Source of the DNA: Acidobacteriota bacterium
GTDB lineage: Bacteria; Acidobacteriota; Thermoanaerobaculia; Gp7-AA8
NCBI GenBank assembly: GCA_019244185.1
Contig: JAFATB010000025.1
Coordinates: forward strand, 128,001 to 192,000
DNA: 64,000 nucleotides
Direction: 5' to 3'
This document shows positions 30,685-41,158 of the stretch, piece by piece. Both the position numbers and the translations under genes were made by a program. Numbering within the stretch: position 1 is the stretch's first letter; every line of letters starts with the position of its first letter. Under the pieces are notes generated by a model. It saw nothing but the letters and a program-made list of their open reading frames with translations. It was not told where the DNA came from and made no database searches.

Positions 30685-32205
30685 TCACGGCCTTCGCCAC
30701 TTCCGCCCGTCCTTCTCGATGAGCACGTTCGCCTCCTCCGGCCCCCACGTGCCCGCCTCGTAGAACGGCGGCGGCGCCGGGTCGTTCGCCCAACGATGCA
30801 GCAACGGGTCCAGCCACGACCACGCCGTCTCGATCTCGTCGCGCCGCGCGAACAGCGTCGCGTCGCCGAGCATCGTTTCGAGCAGCAGCCTTTCGTACGC
30901 CTCGGGCGGCTCCGCGCCGAACGACGTCGCGTAGCGGAACTCCATCGTCACCGGCGCGGTGCGCACGGTCGGCCCCGGCAGCTTCGAGTCGAAGCGCAGC
31001 GAGATCCCCTCGTCCGGCTGGATGCGGATGGCCAGCACGTTCGGCTGCATGCGCAGGCCGAGGCGGCTGAAGAGCGGATGCGGCGCGGGGCGGAAATGGA
31101 TGGAGATGTCCGTGACGCGCTTCGGCAGCCGCTTGCCCGCGCGGACGTAGAACGGCACGCCGGCCCAGCGCCAGTTGTCGAGGAACACCTTGATCGCGGC
31201 GTACGTCTCGACGCGCGAATTCGGATCGACGTTCGCTTCCTCGCGATACGCCGCCGCGCGCTCGCCCATCACCGAGCCTTCCGCGTACTGGCCGCGCACC
31301 GCTTCCTCGATCGGCCGCAGCGCGCGCAGCACCTTCACCTTCTCGTCGCGCACCGCGTTCGCCTCGAAAGCGACCGGCGGCTCCATGGCCACGAGCGACA
31401 CCAACTGCAGCATGTGGTTCTGGATGATGTCGCGGGCGATGCCAGCCGTCTCGAAGTAGTTGCCGCGCTTCTCGACGCCGATCGATTCGGCGACGGTGAA
31501 CTGCACGTGGTCAATGTATTGACGATTCCAGAACGGCTCGAAGATGCCGTTGGCGAAGCGGAGCACGAGCAGGTTCTGCACGGTCTCCTTGCCGAGGTAG
31601 TGGTCGATGCGGAAGACCTGCCGCTCGCGGAACGTCGAGACCGCGACCTGATTGAGCTCACGCGCGCTGGCGAGATCGTGGCCGAACGGCTTCTCGATGA
31701 TGACGCGCGTGTACGGTCCGCCTTTCTCGGGATCGCAGACCATGTTCTCTTTGCCGAGGAGCTCCGCGATTTTCTCGAAGAACTGCGGCGGCACCGCGAG
31801 GTAGTAGATGCGGCGGCCGGCGGTGCCGCGCGTGCGGTCGAACTCTTCGAGGCGAGCCTTGAGTCGCGTGTACGCCGCGGGATCGGTGAACTCGCCCGAC
31901 ACGTAAAACAGACCGCGCGCGAAACTCTCCCAGATCGCATCGTCGACGGGACGCGTGCGCGCGTGCTCGTCGCATGCGGCGCGCATGCTCGCGCGGAACT
32001 GCTCGTCCGTCATGTCCTGCCGCGCGATGCCGACGATGGTCTGTCCCTGCGGCAGCAGGCCGTCGTGCGCGAGCATGTACAGACCGGGGATCAGCTTGCG
32101 CTGCGTCAGGTCGCCCGAGGCGCCGAAGATCACGAGGCACGACGGATCGGGCACGCGCTCCTGTTCGAGCCCCTGCCGCAGAGGATTGGCGTCGACGGTG
32201 GTCAT
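30685..32205 (-). CDS. zwf: Glucose-6-phosphate 1-dehydrogenase
   Basis: IFGASGDLT, EKPFGHDL, RIDHYLGKETVQN. Confidence 0.97.
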   Translation of the reverse strand: MTTVDANPLRQGLEQERVPDPSCLVIFGASGDLTQRKLIPGLYMLAHDGLLPQGQTIVGIARQDMTDEQFRASMRAACDEHARTRPVDDAIWESFARGLFYVSGEFTDPAAYTRLKARLEEFDRTRGTAGRRIYYLAVPPQFFEKIAELLGKENMVCDPEKGGPYTRVIIEKPFGHDLASARELNQVAVSTFRERQVFRIDHYLGKETVQNLLVLRFANGIFEPFWNRQYIDHVQFTVAESIGVEKRGNYFETAGIARDIIQNHMLQLVSLVAMEPPVAFEANAVRDEKVKVLRALRPIEEAVRGQYAEGSVMGERAAAYREEANVDPNSRVETYAAIKVFLDNWRWAGVPFYVRAGKRLPKRVTDISIHFRPAPHPLFSRLGLRMQPNVLAIRIQPDEGISLRFDSKLPGPTVRTAPVTMEFRYATSFGAEPPEAYERLLLETMLGDATLFARRDEIETAWSWLDPLLHRWANDPAPPPFYEAGTWGPEEANVLIEKDGRKWRRP

Positions 32206-32263
32206 CGGACGCATTGTATGTCGCGCCTCTGCTGCTCTTCGCGTCTGCTATGCTCCGTTTCCC

Positions 32264-33559
32264 ATGACGTGGCAATACGTTCCGCGCGTCGCCGTCATCC
32301 GCGGTCTGCGCACTCCCTTCGCGAAGTCCGGCACGCATTACGCCCACCTCTCCGCGCTCGACCTCGGCAAGCTCGTCGTCGCCGAGCTCGTGCAGCGCTC
32401 CGGCATCGACCCGTCCGAAGTGCAGGAGCTCGTCTACGGAAACGTCATCCCGTCGGTGAAAGCGCCGAACATCGCCCGCGAGGTGATCCTCGGCACCGGA
32501 CTGCCGCGCAAGATCCCCGGCTACACCGTCGGTAAGGCGTGCGCGTCGGCGAACCAGGCCATCACGTCGGCGTCCGATCTCATCGCGCGCGGCTACGCGG
32601 ACACCGTGATCGCCGGCGGCGCGGAGTCGCTTTCCGACGTGCCGATTCTCTTCTCGAAGAATTTCGCTGACGCGCTTGTGAGCGCGAGCAAGCAGAAGAG
32701 CATGAGCGGCAAGCTCGGCGCGTTCTCGAAAATCCGTCCGAAAGATCTCGCGCCCGACGCGCCGGCGATCGCGGAGTCGACTACCGGCCTCACCATGGGC
32801 GAGTCGGCCGAGAAGATGGCCAAGGAAAACGGCATCACGCGCGAGGCGCAGGACAAGTTCGCCCTGCAGAGCCACCAGCGTGCCGCGGAAGCGACGGCCA
32901 GCGGACGGTTCAAAGACGAAGTGATGACCGTCGTCGTGCCGCCGGGGTTCGACAACGTCGTCGAAACCGACAACCTCATTCGCGCCGACTCGACGCTGGA
33001 AGGTCTCGCGAAACTGCGGCCGGTCTTCGACCGCAAATACGGCACGATCACCGCCGGAAATGCCTCGCCGCTCACCGACGGCGCGTCCGCGGTGCTGCTG
33101 ATGTCCGAGGAGAAAGCGAAAGCGCTCGGCATCAAGCCGATCGGCTTCATCCGCAGCTACGCGTATGCCGCGACGGATCCGTTCGACCAACTGCTGCAAG
33201 GCCCCGTCTTCGCGCTGCCGACCGCGCTCGAGCGCGCGAAAGTGAAGCTCGAAGACATCGGCGTCATCGAAATGCACGAAGCCTTCGCCGCGCAGGTGCT
33301 CTCCAACATCCAATGGATCGGCTCCAGGAAAATCGCCCAGGAAAAACTCGGCCGCTCCGAAGCGATCGGCGAGATCGATCCCGAAACGATCAACCGCACC
33401 GGCGGCTCGATCGCATTAGGCCACCCCTTCGGCGCAACCGGCGCCCGCATTGTGACCACGGTCTGCAATGAACTGCAGCGCACAGGACAACAGTACGGAT
33501 TGGTGACCGTCTGCGCGGCAGGCGGCATTGGGGTGGCGATGGTGTTGGAGCGGGAGTAG
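32264..33559 (+). CDS. fadI: Acetyl-CoA C-acyltransferase (FadI-type thiolase)
   Basis: RTPFAK, KACASA (catalytic Cys), HEAFAAQ, GHPFGATG, CAAGG. Confidence 0.85.
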   Translation: MTWQYVPRVAVIRGLRTPFAKSGTHYAHLSALDLGKLVVAELVQRSGIDPSEVQELVYGNVIPSVKAPNIAREVILGTGLPRKIPGYTVGKACASANQAITSASDLIARGYADTVIAGGAESLSDVPILFSKNFADALVSASKQKSMSGKLGAFSKIRPKDLAPDAPAIAESTTGLTMGESAEKMAKENGITREAQDKFALQSHQRAAEATASGRFKDEVMTVVVPPGFDNVVETDNLIRADSTLEGLAKLRPVFDRKYGTITAGNASPLTDGASAVLLMSEEKAKALGIKPIGFIRSYAYAATDPFDQLLQGPVFALPTALERAKVKLEDIGVIEMHEAFAAQVLSNIQWIGSRKIAQEKLGRSEAIGEIDPETINRTGGSIALGHPFGATGARIVTTVCNELQRTGQQYGLVTVCAAGGIGVAMVLERE

Positions 33560-33572
33560 GGAGCGCTCCGCA

Positions 33573-34409
33573 TCACGCCGTCATGGCCAGGTGCAGATAG
33601 AACTCCTCCACTCGCCTCTGCAGCGTGGCTTTGTCGACGCCGCCGAGTAATTCTCCCGGATCCCACAATCCCACTTCATTGAGGTGATCCGCCGGGATCG
33701 GGAAATCGAGTTGTTCGACCGGCTTCGCGGCGCCATCCGAAACGAGCGTCGGCACCCAACGCTGCGAGCTCACCGGCACGATGCCGTCGCTCGGCCCTTC
33801 ATCGCGATCGAGTTGGATCCATGTCGGCTGCAGGAGCGGGGTGGTGCGCCGCAAGTCTTCGGAGGCGGCGACGGCTCGATAGCGCACGCCGTTGGCGACC
33901 TCGCGGGCGCGGATCGTGTCATTGAACGCACGGCACGCGCCGGTGGTGAGGTCGCGGAACCCCTGCAGGTCGATGATCGGCCGCAGCGCGGCGATCAGCA
34001 AGCCGCCGCCAAGACCGAACGCCCGATCGCCTGACGTCGTACCGTGGTGCGGCGTGCCGACCGTGGTGAGACAGCTGATGCGCGCCGCGATCTCCGGATG
34101 GTCCGCGATGACCTTGCGCGCGTCGAGACCGCCCATGCTGTGGCCGATGATGTGAATTTTCTCGGACGCCGACGCGAGCGCCGCGATCACCGACTGCAGC
34201 CGCAATCGCAGATCCGCCGCGCGCTGTTCGAGCGAGCCGGCGAAATTCACGGCCGGCTCGTCGACGACGAAGCCGTGCGCGCGCAGAAAGTCGCCGATGC
34301 CGTTGAAGTAGCGCGGGCCGACCTCGAGATCGAAATCGCGCTTGAAGACGACGCTCAACTGATCGAACCGGAAGATCCCATGCGCGAGAACGACGCTCCT
34401 CGTCACCAT
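33573..34409 (-). CDS. Triacylglycerol lipase / alpha-beta hydrolase
   Basis: LAHG oxyanion motif, GHSMGG nucleophile, TPHHGT, SDGIVP, ADHL; GGAGG SD. Confidence 0.9.
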   Translation of the reverse strand: MVTRSVVLAHGIFRFDQLSVVFKRDFDLEVGPRYFNGIGDFLRAHGFVVDEPAVNFAGSLEQRAADLRLRLQSVIAALASASEKIHIIGHSMGGLDARKVIADHPEIAARISCLTTVGTPHHGTTSGDRAFGLGGGLLIAALRPIIDLQGFRDLTTGACRAFNDTIRAREVANGVRYRAVAASEDLRRTTPLLQPTWIQLDRDEGPSDGIVPVSSQRWVPTLVSDGAAKPVEQLDFPIPADHLNEVGLWDPGELLGGVDKATLQRRVEEFYLHLAMTA

Positions 34410-34464
34410 TGCAACCTCCATTGATTGGAGAGACGACGCGCGCGAATTCCTGAAATGCGCTACC

Positions 34465-37023
34465 TCAAATCGGCAGCCAATACGAAATCTTCACCAGAAA
34501 TACGTCCTGCGACGGGGCGGTGGGAATCGCGCGCAGGTCGCGGTGCAGGCGGAAGTCGCCGAAGGGCACGGTATCCGCGCGGTTTTCGTTCCACACCACA
34601 TAGAGCGCCGAGCCGGGGCGGAACTCCCATCTTGCGACGGCGCTGCCGCGGACGCTGCGGAAGTTGAAGTCGGGGTCGGGGGTGGTGGGCGTGTAGGGCG
34701 TGTAGTCGTCGCTGCGGGCGCGCACGAGCGCGTGGTAATCGTGGTAATCGCCGCTGGCGACGAAAGGCTGCATGTAGAGCTGGAAGGACAGGCGCGGACT
34801 GACCGTCCAGTCGACGCGCGTGCCGAGCTCGAAGGAACGCTGTTCGAGATTGGAGAAGACGTAGCGGCGATTGAAGGTCTCGACCGCGGTCGCGTCGGCG
34901 AACTGCGTCACGTATTGATGCTCGTCGTGCAGGCGCGTGATGTAGGGCGCGACGCTCAAGAGCAGGTTCGATGCAGGGCGATAGTTGAACGTGATGCCGC
35001 CGCCGTGGCTGTACGTGCCGTCGTCGAATTGTTCGAGGTGACTGTTGAAATTGAGATAGACGCGCTTGCGGTCGTCGGTATTGAGCGTGAGATCGGAGCT
35101 CCAGTACGACGGCGTGCGCACGAGCGGGCCGCCGCGCGTGGCCTGATCGGAGAACGCGCTCGGCGCCACGTACAGCGTCGCCTCGTAATTCCAGTAGGAC
35201 TGCAGCGTGGTCGTCGTGTCGAACGTGACGCCGCGGTCGAGCGGATCGCCGCCGAAATTGCGGTTGTCCCAGACACCGAACCAGAAGTCGTGCTCGCGCA
35301 GATGCTTCGTCGGCGTCTCGTTGACGTATTGCACGACCGCGTGCGACGAGATCATGTCCGTGCGCTGCATGAAGCCGACGTCGTTCGTTTCGAAGCCGGG
35401 CGAGAACGCCTGCACCTGCAGGTTCGGGCGCCAGCGGCCGGTCTGTTTCGACAGCATGCCGCGTCCCGACCAGCCGGTGAGCGACGTGCGCGTCGGATCG
35501 AACTCGACGTAATCGGCGTCGGGCCGCTGGTAATAGCGCGCCGGTGCGAGCTGCGTCGCCGCGATCGCTTCTTCGCTGCCGCCGACGCGTGTGCCGGCGC
35601 CCGACCATTCGAGCACCCACTGCTTCTGATGGAGCCACGTATAGCCATCGGTGCCGATCGTCAGCGCGCTCGAACGCAGATCGTTCGCGAGCTCGTTCGG
35701 CAACCGGCGCTCGACGTTCGTCACGACGAAGCCGACACGCGTGTCGCCCATCTCCTTCGTGCTGCGCGCGACGAAGTAGTTCGTCATCGGCTCGACCTGC
35801 TGGCGACCGGTAACGGTTCCATCCGCGAAGCGCGCGCGCTCGGCGTCGGTGAGCGCGTCGAGCACGCCGACGGACCAGCCGTTGCCGAGCTTGCCGGTGA
35901 CTTTCGCGGCGCCGAGGATCGTGGTCTCGCCGGGAGCGTCGACGAAGTCGGCGTCGATGAAGCCTTGAGGCTGGCGGCCGATGCGGCGCGAGTAGAACAC
36001 GCGCGGCGCGAAGAAGAACGAGAAGTGACTCCGCGCGGGAGAGTCGCCGAACGCGAAGATGTTCAGGCCTTCGGTGAAGAACGGCCGCTTCTCCGGATAG
36101 AACGTCTCGAACTGGCTGAGATTCACGACCGCGGGATCGACCTCGACCTGGCCGAAGTCGGGATTGATCGTGCCGGTGAGCGTCAGCGTCGAGCTGAGCG
36201 CGTATTTGAGATCGAGCCCCGCGTCCATGCGATGTTCGCGCGCATCGAGAAACGGATTCGCGCGATCGGCACGCGTACGGACGTCGGAACGCGCCACGCC
36301 GTACGGCACGAGCTCGAGCGGACGCTCACGGTGGATGCCCTCGATCCCGTCGAGATCGGCAAAGTGCGAGACGAAGCCGGTCTGTCCTTTCGGCGTGTTG
36401 ACGATGCGCACCCACTCGTTGTTGCGCGTGGTGCGGCGCGTGATGTTGATGCCCCACACGTGGCTCGCCTTCTCCGGAAAGCGCAGCTGCGAGAACGGCA
36501 CGCGCACTTCCGCGATCCAGCCGTCGGCGACGATCTTAGTCGCGGAATCCCACACCGCGTCCCAGCTCACGTCCTCGCCGATGTCGTTGTAGAGGATCGA
36601 GTCGAGCTGCACGTTCGCCGGCGTGATCGTGAACGCGGCGCCGGAGAGGCGGTCGTGCTGCGAATCGATGTTGATCGATAGAAAGTCGTACGTCCCGAAG
36701 TTGTCGCGGCGCACGAGTTGCGCGGTCGGTTTCCCGGGATCGGTCATCTTCGCGCCGACGTAGATGGCCTTGTCGTCGTAGACGATGCGGATGCTGGTCG
36801 GCATCGTCGGCGGCTTGCCGTCATCGGGATCGTGCTGCGTGAACGCCGTGAACTCCGGCGCCGACTGCCACGCCGCGTCGGAGAGATCGCCGTCGATGAC
36901 CGGCGGCGTCGCCACGCGCACCGCGTGCAGCGTCGGATGTTCCGGCCAGTTCGCCGCGTGGAGCAGCGGCGCGGACAGAAGCGCGAACGAGAGCGAGATC
37001 GCAAACGGCAGTCGGCGCAGCAT
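34465..37023 (-). CDS. CBM9-like + DUF5916 domain outer-membrane/secreted protein
   Basis: Signal peptide; PVIDGDLSDAAW; NPDFGQVEVD; FYPEKRPFFTEG; FYSRRIG; C-terminal FLVKISYW. Confidence 0.9.
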   Translation of the reverse strand: MLRRLPFAISLSFALLSAPLLHAANWPEHPTLHAVRVATPPVIDGDLSDAAWQSAPEFTAFTQHDPDDGKPPTMPTSIRIVYDDKAIYVGAKMTDPGKPTAQLVRRDNFGTYDFLSINIDSQHDRLSGAAFTITPANVQLDSILYNDIGEDVSWDAVWDSATKIVADGWIAEVRVPFSQLRFPEKASHVWGINITRRTTRNNEWVRIVNTPKGQTGFVSHFADLDGIEGIHRERPLELVPYGVARSDVRTRADRANPFLDAREHRMDAGLDLKYALSSTLTLTGTINPDFGQVEVDPAVVNLSQFETFYPEKRPFFTEGLNIFAFGDSPARSHFSFFFAPRVFYSRRIGRQPQGFIDADFVDAPGETTILGAAKVTGKLGNGWSVGVLDALTDAERARFADGTVTGRQQVEPMTNYFVARSTKEMGDTRVGFVVTNVERRLPNELANDLRSSALTIGTDGYTWLHQKQWVLEWSGAGTRVGGSEEAIAATQLAPARYYQRPDADYVEFDPTRTSLTGWSGRGMLSKQTGRWRPNLQVQAFSPGFETNDVGFMQRTDMISSHAVVQYVNETPTKHLREHDFWFGVWDNRNFGGDPLDRGVTFDTTTTLQSYWNYEATLYVAPSAFSDQATRGGPLVRTPSYWSSDLTLNTDDRKRVYLNFNSHLEQFDDGTYSHGGGITFNYRPASNLLLSVAPYITRLHDEHQYVTQFADATAVETFNRRYVFSNLEQRSFELGTRVDWTVSPRLSFQLYMQPFVASGDYHDYHALVRARSDDYTPYTPTTPDPDFNFRSVRGSAVARWEFRPGSALYVVWNENRADTVPFGDFRLHRDLRAIPTAPSQDVFLVKISYWLPI

Positions 37024-37096
37024 GGTCTTGTGCGCGCATTGTCGCAGAGCGCCGCGCGGCCAACGTTCCAATCCGGTGGCGGTACACTGGCGAGTT

Positions 37097-39139
37097 GTGA
37101 AAGTGATCCGCGCCGTTTGTCCGCACGACTGCCCCGACACCTGCGCGATGCTCGTGACGGTCGAGGACGGCCGCGCCATCCGCCTCGGCGGCGATCCCGA
37201 GCATCCCGTCACGCAGGGCTTTCTCTGCACGAAGGTCGCGAAGTACCTCGAGCGGACGTATCACGAAGGACGCCTGCTGTACCCGCAGATCCGCACCGGC
37301 GCGAAAGGCGAAGGAACGTTCCGGCGCGCGACGTGGGACGAGGCGCTCGAGCTCATCGCCACGCGGCTGCAGCGCGTCATCGACACCGACGGCGCGCAGG
37401 CGATCCTCCCCTACTCGTACGCGGGAACGATGGGACTCTTGCAGGGCGAGTCGATGGACCGCCGCTTCTTTCAGCGCATCGGCGCGTCGCTGCTCGACCG
37501 CACCATCTGCGCGAGCGCCGGCGCGGAAGCATTGAACGTGACGTACGGCACGCGCATGGGACCCGACCCGCAGGACATCGTCGACGCGAAGCTCATCATC
37601 CTGTGGGGCACCAACACGCTCACGGCGAACCCGCATCTCTGGCCGTTCGTGCGGCGTGCGAAAGCGAACGGCGCGACGACGATCTGCATCGATCCGCTGC
37701 GCACGCGCACGGCCGTCGCGTGCGACGAGCACATCGCGATTCGTCCCGGCACCGACGCGGCGCTGGCGCTCGCGATCGCGCACGTGCTCTTCCGCGACGG
37801 TCTCGACGATCGCGGCTACCTCGAATCGATGGCCGTCGGCTGGGAAGGTCTGCGCGAACGCGTGCTCGCCGAGTACTCGCCCGAGCGCGTCGCGCCGATC
37901 TGCCGCATCCCGGTCGAGACGATCGAGCACCTCGCGCGTCGCTACGGCACCACGCGCCCGACGTTCATCCGCGTCAACTACGGATTGCAGCGACACGCCG
38001 GCGGCGGCTCCGCGGTGCGCGCGATCTCGATCCTGCCCGCGATCACGGGCGCGTGGGACGACGCGGGCGGCGGCGTGCTGCTGTCGACGTCGGGCACCTT
38101 CTCCGCGATCGACTACGCGTATCTGCAGCGCCCCGACTTCACGCCCGCCGGCACGCGCACGATCAACATGTCGCGCCTCGGCGAAGCGCTGACGCGCATC
38201 GACGATCCGCCGGTGAAGGCGCTCGTCGTCTACAACTCGAATCCCGGCGCCGTCGCGCCCGATCGCGAGAACGTCCTCGCCGGACTGCGCCGCGACGATC
38301 TCTTCACGGTCGTCCTCGAACACTTCCAGACCGACACCGCCGACTACGCGGACGTGCTGCTGCCGGCCACGACGCAGCTCGAGCACGACGACCTGCACAA
38401 GGCCTATGGTCACACCTACGTGATGTTCAACCAGGCCGCGATCGCGCCGCTCGGCGAGGCGCTGCCGAACACCGAGATCTTCCGCCGCATCGCCGCGCGC
38501 ATGGGCTTGCGCGATCCGGAGCTGCAGGAGAGCGACGAGTCGATGATGCGCGGCGCGCTGCGGCACCTGCCGTTCACGCTCGACGAGTTGCGCGACAAAG
38601 CGTCGATCCGCCTCGACATCGGCTCGCCGCATCTGCCGTATCGGCGCGGCGCGCGGCTGTCGACGCCGAGCGGCAAGATCGAGATCGCCTCCGAGCGCGC
38701 CGTCGCGCACGGACTCGATCTGCTCCCCGAATATGTTCCGCCGTACGAATCCGAAGAGCGCGATCCCGAGCTCGTGCGGCGCTTTCCGCTCGCGTTGCTC
38801 TCGCCGCCCGCGCATTCGTTTCTCAACTCGACCTTCGTCAACGTAGCGTCGCTGCGGCGCGCCGCGGGCAAGCCGACGCTCGAGATTCACGCCGACGACG
38901 CGAGCGCGCGCGGCATCGCGAACGGCGTGCAGGTCTCGATCTTCAACGATCGTGGCGCGTTCGTGGCCGAGGCGGTCGTCACCGATCGCGTGCGCCCGGG
39001 CGTCGTCTCCGCGCCGTCGGTCTGGTGGCCGAAGCTCACCGGCGGCACGAACGCGAATCACACGACGTCGCAGGCGGTGACCGACATCGGCGGCGGCGCC
39101 ACGTTCTACGACAACCTCGTCGACGTGCGCGCGGTGTAG
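37097..39139 (+). CDS. Molybdopterin-dependent oxidoreductase, catalytic subunit
   Basis: CPHDCPDTC...LCTK Fe-S motif, ADVLLPAT, STPSGKIE, C-terminal molydopterin-binding domain; GTG start inferred. Confidence 0.92.
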   Translation: MKVIRAVCPHDCPDTCAMLVTVEDGRAIRLGGDPEHPVTQGFLCTKVAKYLERTYHEGRLLYPQIRTGAKGEGTFRRATWDEALELIATRLQRVIDTDGAQAILPYSYAGTMGLLQGESMDRRFFQRIGASLLDRTICASAGAEALNVTYGTRMGPDPQDIVDAKLIILWGTNTLTANPHLWPFVRRAKANGATTICIDPLRTRTAVACDEHIAIRPGTDAALALAIAHVLFRDGLDDRGYLESMAVGWEGLRERVLAEYSPERVAPICRIPVETIEHLARRYGTTRPTFIRVNYGLQRHAGGGSAVRAISILPAITGAWDDAGGGVLLSTSGTFSAIDYAYLQRPDFTPAGTRTINMSRLGEALTRIDDPPVKALVVYNSNPGAVAPDRENVLAGLRRDDLFTVVLEHFQTDTADYADVLLPATTQLEHDDLHKAYGHTYVMFNQAAIAPLGEALPNTEIFRRIAARMGLRDPELQESDESMMRGALRHLPFTLDELRDKASIRLDIGSPHLPYRRGARLSTPSGKIEIASERAVAHGLDLLPEYVPPYESEERDPELVRRFPLALLSPPAHSFLNSTFVNVASLRRAAGKPTLEIHADDASARGIANGVQVSIFNDRGAFVAEAVVTDRVRPGVVSAPSVWWPKLTGGTNANHTTSQAVTDIGGGATFYDNLVDVRAV

Positions 39140-39150
39140 CGTTTCCGCCG

Positions 39151-39804
39151 ATGCATCGCAATCTGCACCTCGCGTTCGCCGCGCTCCTCGTCTGGTCTCT
39201 CGCGCTCCTCGGCGTGCGGATGATCTACTCGCACTCGTTCTGGTTCCTCTTCCTCATCTGGAACCTCTTCCTCGCCGTGATCCCGTACGTCGCCGCCGTC
39301 GCCTTCGAGCGCACACGGCGCGTCGTGCTGCAGGCGTGCGCGTTCGTCGTCTGGATCCTCTTCCTGCCGAACGCGCCGTATCTCGTCACCGACTTCATTC
39401 ACCTTCGTCCGCACGCGGCGATTCCGCTCTGGTACGACGTGCTGCTGCTGATGTCGTGCGCCGGCACGGGACTGCTCCTCGGCTACGCGTCCGTGCTCCT
39501 CGTGCAGAACGTCATCGCGCGGAAGCACGGTGCGCGCGCCGGGTGGTGCGTGGCCGTCGTCGCGCTCGTGCTCTCCGCGTACGGCATCTATCTCGGCCGT
39601 TTCCTGCGCTTCAACAGCTGGGAAGCGCTGACCGATCCGCTGCCGCTCTTTGCCGACATCGCCCATCAGCTGACGAATCCGCTCAGCCATCCGAAGACGT
39701 TCGCGGTGACGCTGCTCTTCGGCGTCACGCTCACGCTGGGCTACTTCGCGCTGCACGCGTTCGCGCCGGGCGTTCCGCGGCAGCGTTTTTCCGACAGGCG
39801 GTGA
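39151..39804 (+). CDS. DUF1361 family membrane protein
   Basis: FLIWNLFLAVIP, FLPNAPYLVTDFIHL, GIYLGRFLRFNSW. Confidence 0.9.
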   Translation: MHRNLHLAFAALLVWSLALLGVRMIYSHSFWFLFLIWNLFLAVIPYVAAVAFERTRRVVLQACAFVVWILFLPNAPYLVTDFIHLRPHAAIPLWYDVLLLMSCAGTGLLLGYASVLLVQNVIARKHGARAGWCVAVVALVLSAYGIYLGRFLRFNSWEALTDPLPLFADIAHQLTNPLSHPKTFAVTLLFGVTLTLGYFALHAFAPGVPRQRFSDRR

Positions 39805-39822
39805 GCTACACTTCGCCCGCGC

Positions 39823-40614
39823 ATGCTCCCGTACGTGTTCTCGGTTTCGCTGGTGCTCATCGCCTGGCTCGCGGTCGTCACGCTGAACGAGACGCGCGGC
39901 CTGCTGCGCTGCGATCGCTTCCCGAACGACGTCGTGAAGTGGATCGCCTACGTCTGGCTCGGCGCGTTCATGCTGCTGCTGGCGACGCTCGTCACGGGCG
40001 CGGCGCGGCATCCGGCCACGACGAAGCAGCTCGCCTCGACGCCGTTCTACCAGGTCTTCGCGCTGCACGCGCTGCTCGTGATCTTTCTCCTCGGCTGGTG
40101 GCTGATGACGAACCGTCCGCCGCTGCGCGAGTTCCTGAACATCCGCCACGAACGCCCCGCGGAAGTGGTCGCCATCGGCGTGAGCGTCGGAGTCGGCGGC
40201 TGGATCGTGACGCTGATGCTGGCGCTGCTCATCGCGCTCATCCTGCGCTTCGCCGGCGCGCTCGACGAACAGGCACAGCCGCCGGCGATGATCGGCTTCA
40301 TGGCCGCGATGCCGCTGTGGAAGAAAGCGCTGATCGTGCTTTCGGCGATGACCATCGAAGAGGCATTCTTCCGCTCGTTCCTGCAGAAGCGCATCGGCCT
40401 CATCGCCTCGACGCTGCTCTTCGCGCTCGCGCACTTCACGTACGGCAATCCGCTGCTGCTGATCGGCGTCGCCATCATCTCGCTGATCATCGGCTTCACG
40501 TTCTATCGCACGAAGAACGTGCTGCCCGGCGTCATCGCGCACGGCGTCTTCGACGCGGTGCAGCTCTTCATCATCGTGCCGATCGCCTACCGGATGATCG
40601 GCGCCGGAGCGTGA
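39823..40614 (+). CDS. CPBP/Abi family intramembrane metalloprotease
   Basis: EEAFFR, FALAH, AHGVFD motifs; multiple TM segments. Confidence 0.9.
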   Translation: MLPYVFSVSLVLIAWLAVVTLNETRGLLRCDRFPNDVVKWIAYVWLGAFMLLLATLVTGAARHPATTKQLASTPFYQVFALHALLVIFLLGWWLMTNRPPLREFLNIRHERPAEVVAIGVSVGVGGWIVTLMLALLIALILRFAGALDEQAQPPAMIGFMAAMPLWKKALIVLSAMTIEEAFFRSFLQKRIGLIASTLLFALAHFTYGNPLLLIGVAIISLIIGFTFYRTKNVLPGVIAHGVFDAVQLFIIVPIAYRMIGAGA

Positions 40615-40621
40615 CGAGAGC

Positions 40622-41152
40622 GTGACCACATCCGCGTACGCCGAGGTCGTGCAGTTGCTCGAGGGCGACACGCCGATCGCGAGGGACGACGTGCGGCGGT
40701 GGATCGAGACCGGCGACCTGCTGACGTGGAGCGCGGTGTACGAGTTGACGCGCACGGAATGGTCGCGCATCACACCCGAGATTCCCACCGAGGAACAGAT
40801 CGGGTTCATGCGGCGGTATCTGTTGCGCTGCATCGAAGAGAATCCGACGCCCGGCCATTACCTGCACGGTGGCTTCCAGGCGGCGTGGGAGCTCGCCGCG
40901 TCGCTCAAGCATTGGCGGCGTCTCGAAGCGAAGCGCCAGGGGGCGCTCCTTCGCGGCGTCGCGGTCGACCTCGAGAAAGCGTACCGGCGCGCCGATGCGG
41001 CGACGCAGAACCGCATCCTGTGCGGCGTGCTCGAACACGCGTTCGAAGATCCCGCGCTGCGTCCGTACTTCAGCAGCTGGGAGCGCGATCCGGAACTCCG
41101 CGAGATCTACCGGCTCGCCCTCGAATGGGGCGCGGCGCACGAAGACCGCTGA
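40622..41152 (+). CDS. Hypothetical protein
   Basis: Operon-like spacing and protein-like composition; CGVLEHAFE motif. Confidence 0.7.
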   Translation: MTTSAYAEVVQLLEGDTPIARDDVRRWIETGDLLTWSAVYELTRTEWSRITPEIPTEEQIGFMRRYLLRCIEENPTPGHYLHGGFQAAWELAASLKHWRRLEAKRQGALLRGVAVDLEKAYRRADAATQNRILCGVLEHAFEDPALRPYFSSWERDPELREIYRLALEWGAAHEDR

Positions 41153-41158
41153 GCGGGG

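Noticed and set aside
28948-33559. zwf-opcA-pgl without gnd; fadI without fadJ
   Set aside because: Ordinary arrangements; the partners are probably elsewhere in the genome.
36718-39804. 1028-aa ORF
   Set aside because: Only its last 217 aa (DUF1361, from 39151) look coding; the rest is an off-frame shadow of the Mo-oxidoreductase.
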